Part shown: positions 63,401 to 64,000 of the stretch, in pieces
How the letters are laid out: each line of letters starts with the position of its first letter
How positions within the stretch are numbered: position 1 is the first letter of the stretch
Position numbers and translations under genes: made by a program
The notes under the pieces: generated by a model
Databases searched by the model: none
Told to the model about the DNA's origin: nothing
Seen by the model: only the letters and a program-made list of their open reading frames with translations
Source of the DNA: Bacteroidota bacterium
GTDB taxonomy: Bacteria; Bacteroidota; Bacteroidia; Flavobacteriales; Flavobacteriaceae
Assembly: GCA_030528745.1 (NCBI GenBank)
Contig: JAUMYH010000001.1
Coordinates: forward strand, 32,622-96,621
Length of the DNA: 64,000 nt
Direction: 5' to 3'

Positions 63401-64000
63401 TTGGATATTTTACCAGTATATGTACACGGAAATTCGGAATTGATTCCTAAGGGCGATTACATCATTTACGACGGAAGTATGACCGTCAGGATAGGAAGTC
63501 GAATTTCTCAAACAGATGTTTCGTTTGGAAACACTTACAAAGAAAAGACCAAGGGCATTTATAAGTTTTTTAAAAAAGAGTATCAGGCATTGCGATACGA
63601 ATTGGAAGACGAGGATTATTTTAAAGAAAAATTATTCTTAACCTATCGTTACAAGGAACGGGATATTTTAAACCAAGTAAAAGAAGATTTTAGAAAAAAT
63701 AAGTCCGTATATTATCTGTTTTTTAAATTATTATCTCAAAACGATTCGGTATACCATCTGGGCAATGATTTCGGACAATTAGACTTTATGATTCTGATGC
63801 AAGAGCCTAGAAGATTGATGTTTACGTATATAGTGGACAGCTCAAAAAGAGCCGTTGCCAAACATAATTATTGGGTGAAAAAACGCAAAATACATTATAT
63901 CGAAAATACAATCGAAATACAAAATTTGAGAGCGGATACCATGATAATATCTACAGATTTTGTTAATTTTGAGATTCCGAAATCGGTAAAAAGAATTTTT
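60437..64000 (+). CDS. Fused MMPL/RND-like exporter plus lysophospholipid acyltransferase domain (partial, continues past window end)
   Basis: The frame is open from the ATG overlapping the previous stop through to 64000. The track lists no ORF in this span because there is no stop. It has two 5-6-TM MMPL-type bundles separated by soluble domains. At about 63100-63450 it has the acyltransferase motifs HNSFLDS (HX4D) and FPEGKRS. Confidence 0.6.
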   Translation, partial: MQMSDFFVKLYRLIQKNRFPSIFLIISFLIVSIWSFSRIEFKEDISKILPKNDQTSLVSKLLKQVDFSDKITVLISPKDTLDIDRQIEIANVLVERLDSVVQLQKVQAKVDQVTMQRVYKYVNQNLPLYLEEDDYQYILNKLSADSIEYKVNQNLQNLISPSGIVLKDIILLDPLGLSVIGLDKLQKNNGITDGFSLEQGYLISKKGQDLMFFLETDIASNQTDENSKMVKVLNDIKQDIELKYNDISVDYYGASFVAEANSGQIKNDIFKTVLISFSILLVLMILYFRKVLLPLILFLPIVLAGSLSLMIISLLKDYISAISLGVSSILIGVTIDYSIHILTHYKRGSDIKTLYDDVSKPLIISSLTTSVAFLSLLFVNSEVLQDLGLFSGLTVFFSAIFSLVIIPLIYKPNLDISQHWTYRIVSYPFEKNKILVALTLLLIIGTVFTPNKVKFDGDLSKLNYVTNELKEVERRLDTLTDINAKSIYLIAYGEDKQSVLEQNFKLYQILQNQKQSGEILQFTNLAEQLLPLAEQQKRIDRWNGFWSESKRSESVSNDLIKSGLSVGFEEDTHSVFYDFISSKYTLEKIDTTNLFHNENLLKYKDGFYTATSLVKLDVENKASLLDQINGATQNVFVLDRKELNEQFLFSVKADFERLVGYSFVLIIVVLWLFFRRIELVILSITPIVLTGLVVLGLINWLNLEFNVFSSIVVTLIFGHGVDFAIFMTVALQKAYTYGKKDISTYKISIVLAVLTTILAIGTLIFAQHPALKSISAIALLGILTALLITFVVYPLIFRIFIMWRDDKGLSPISLRLFLHSMVSFLYYGAGAIILSFVGRTLAMILPGRFENKMLVVRQLMSKFLTSVLYSNWFVSKKIQNPNAEYFQKPVVLISNHNSFLDSLTLSMTHYKIIFLVNDWVYNSVVFGKIVKAAGFYPVSQGVEDSLQPLKQKVEQGYSLMVFPEGKRSEDNQLNRFHKGAFYLAEQLQLDILPVYVHGNSELIPKGDYIIYDGSMTVRIGSRISQTDVSFGNTYKEKTKGIYKFFKKEYQALRYELEDEDYFKEKLFLTYRYKERDILNQVKEDFRKNKSVYYLFFKLLSQNDSVYHLGNDFGQLDFMILMQEPRRLMFTYIVDSSKRAVAKHNYWVKKRKIHYIENTIEIQNLRADTMIISTDFVNFEIPKSVKRIF

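Overview
This is a low-GC (about 32-34%) chromosomal segment from a Bacteroidota, most likely a Flavobacteriia-type genome, and it is dense with housekeeping genes. These include aroC, prfA, fabG, yidD, a fused IcmF-type B12 mutase, a 2-oxoacid dehydrogenase E2, mgtE, pabB, sdhCAB, menD, rseP, a ppiD-like PPIase, phoH, a Pif1-like helicase, ribH, rluB-like, purA, fur, a PiT phosphate transporter and an ABC-2 exporter. A tRNA-Ser/Pro/Arg cluster is followed by a short IS5-family transposase remnant, and a second, longer remnant of the same IS lies downstream of sdhB. An identical second tRNA-Pro copy lies 43 kb downstream. The clearest accessory region is 14989-18094. It holds two orphan, 5'-truncated Rhs/YD-repeat C-terminal cassettes with different toxin tips (one unrecognised, one an AHH-type HNH nuclease). 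Each cassette is followed by a small putative immunity gene. The region has elevated GC, a 453-bp internal direct repeat, and a 145-bp tandem repeat just downstream. The 3' end of the window (55854-64000) is the start of a flexirubin/aryl-polyene-type lipid pigment cluster: deacetylase, LolA-like, FabZ-like dehydratase, a membrane GT2, and a fused MMPL-exporter/acyltransferase that runs off the window. An ECA-like trio (FemAB/GNAT-like acyltransferase, WecE-like aminotransferase, Wzx flippase) sits after aroC. No CRISPR array and no rRNA were found. Coordinates for tRNAs, repeats and regulatory sites were counted by hand and may be off by 1-2 nt. Family assignments rest on motifs I recognise by eye, not on database searches.
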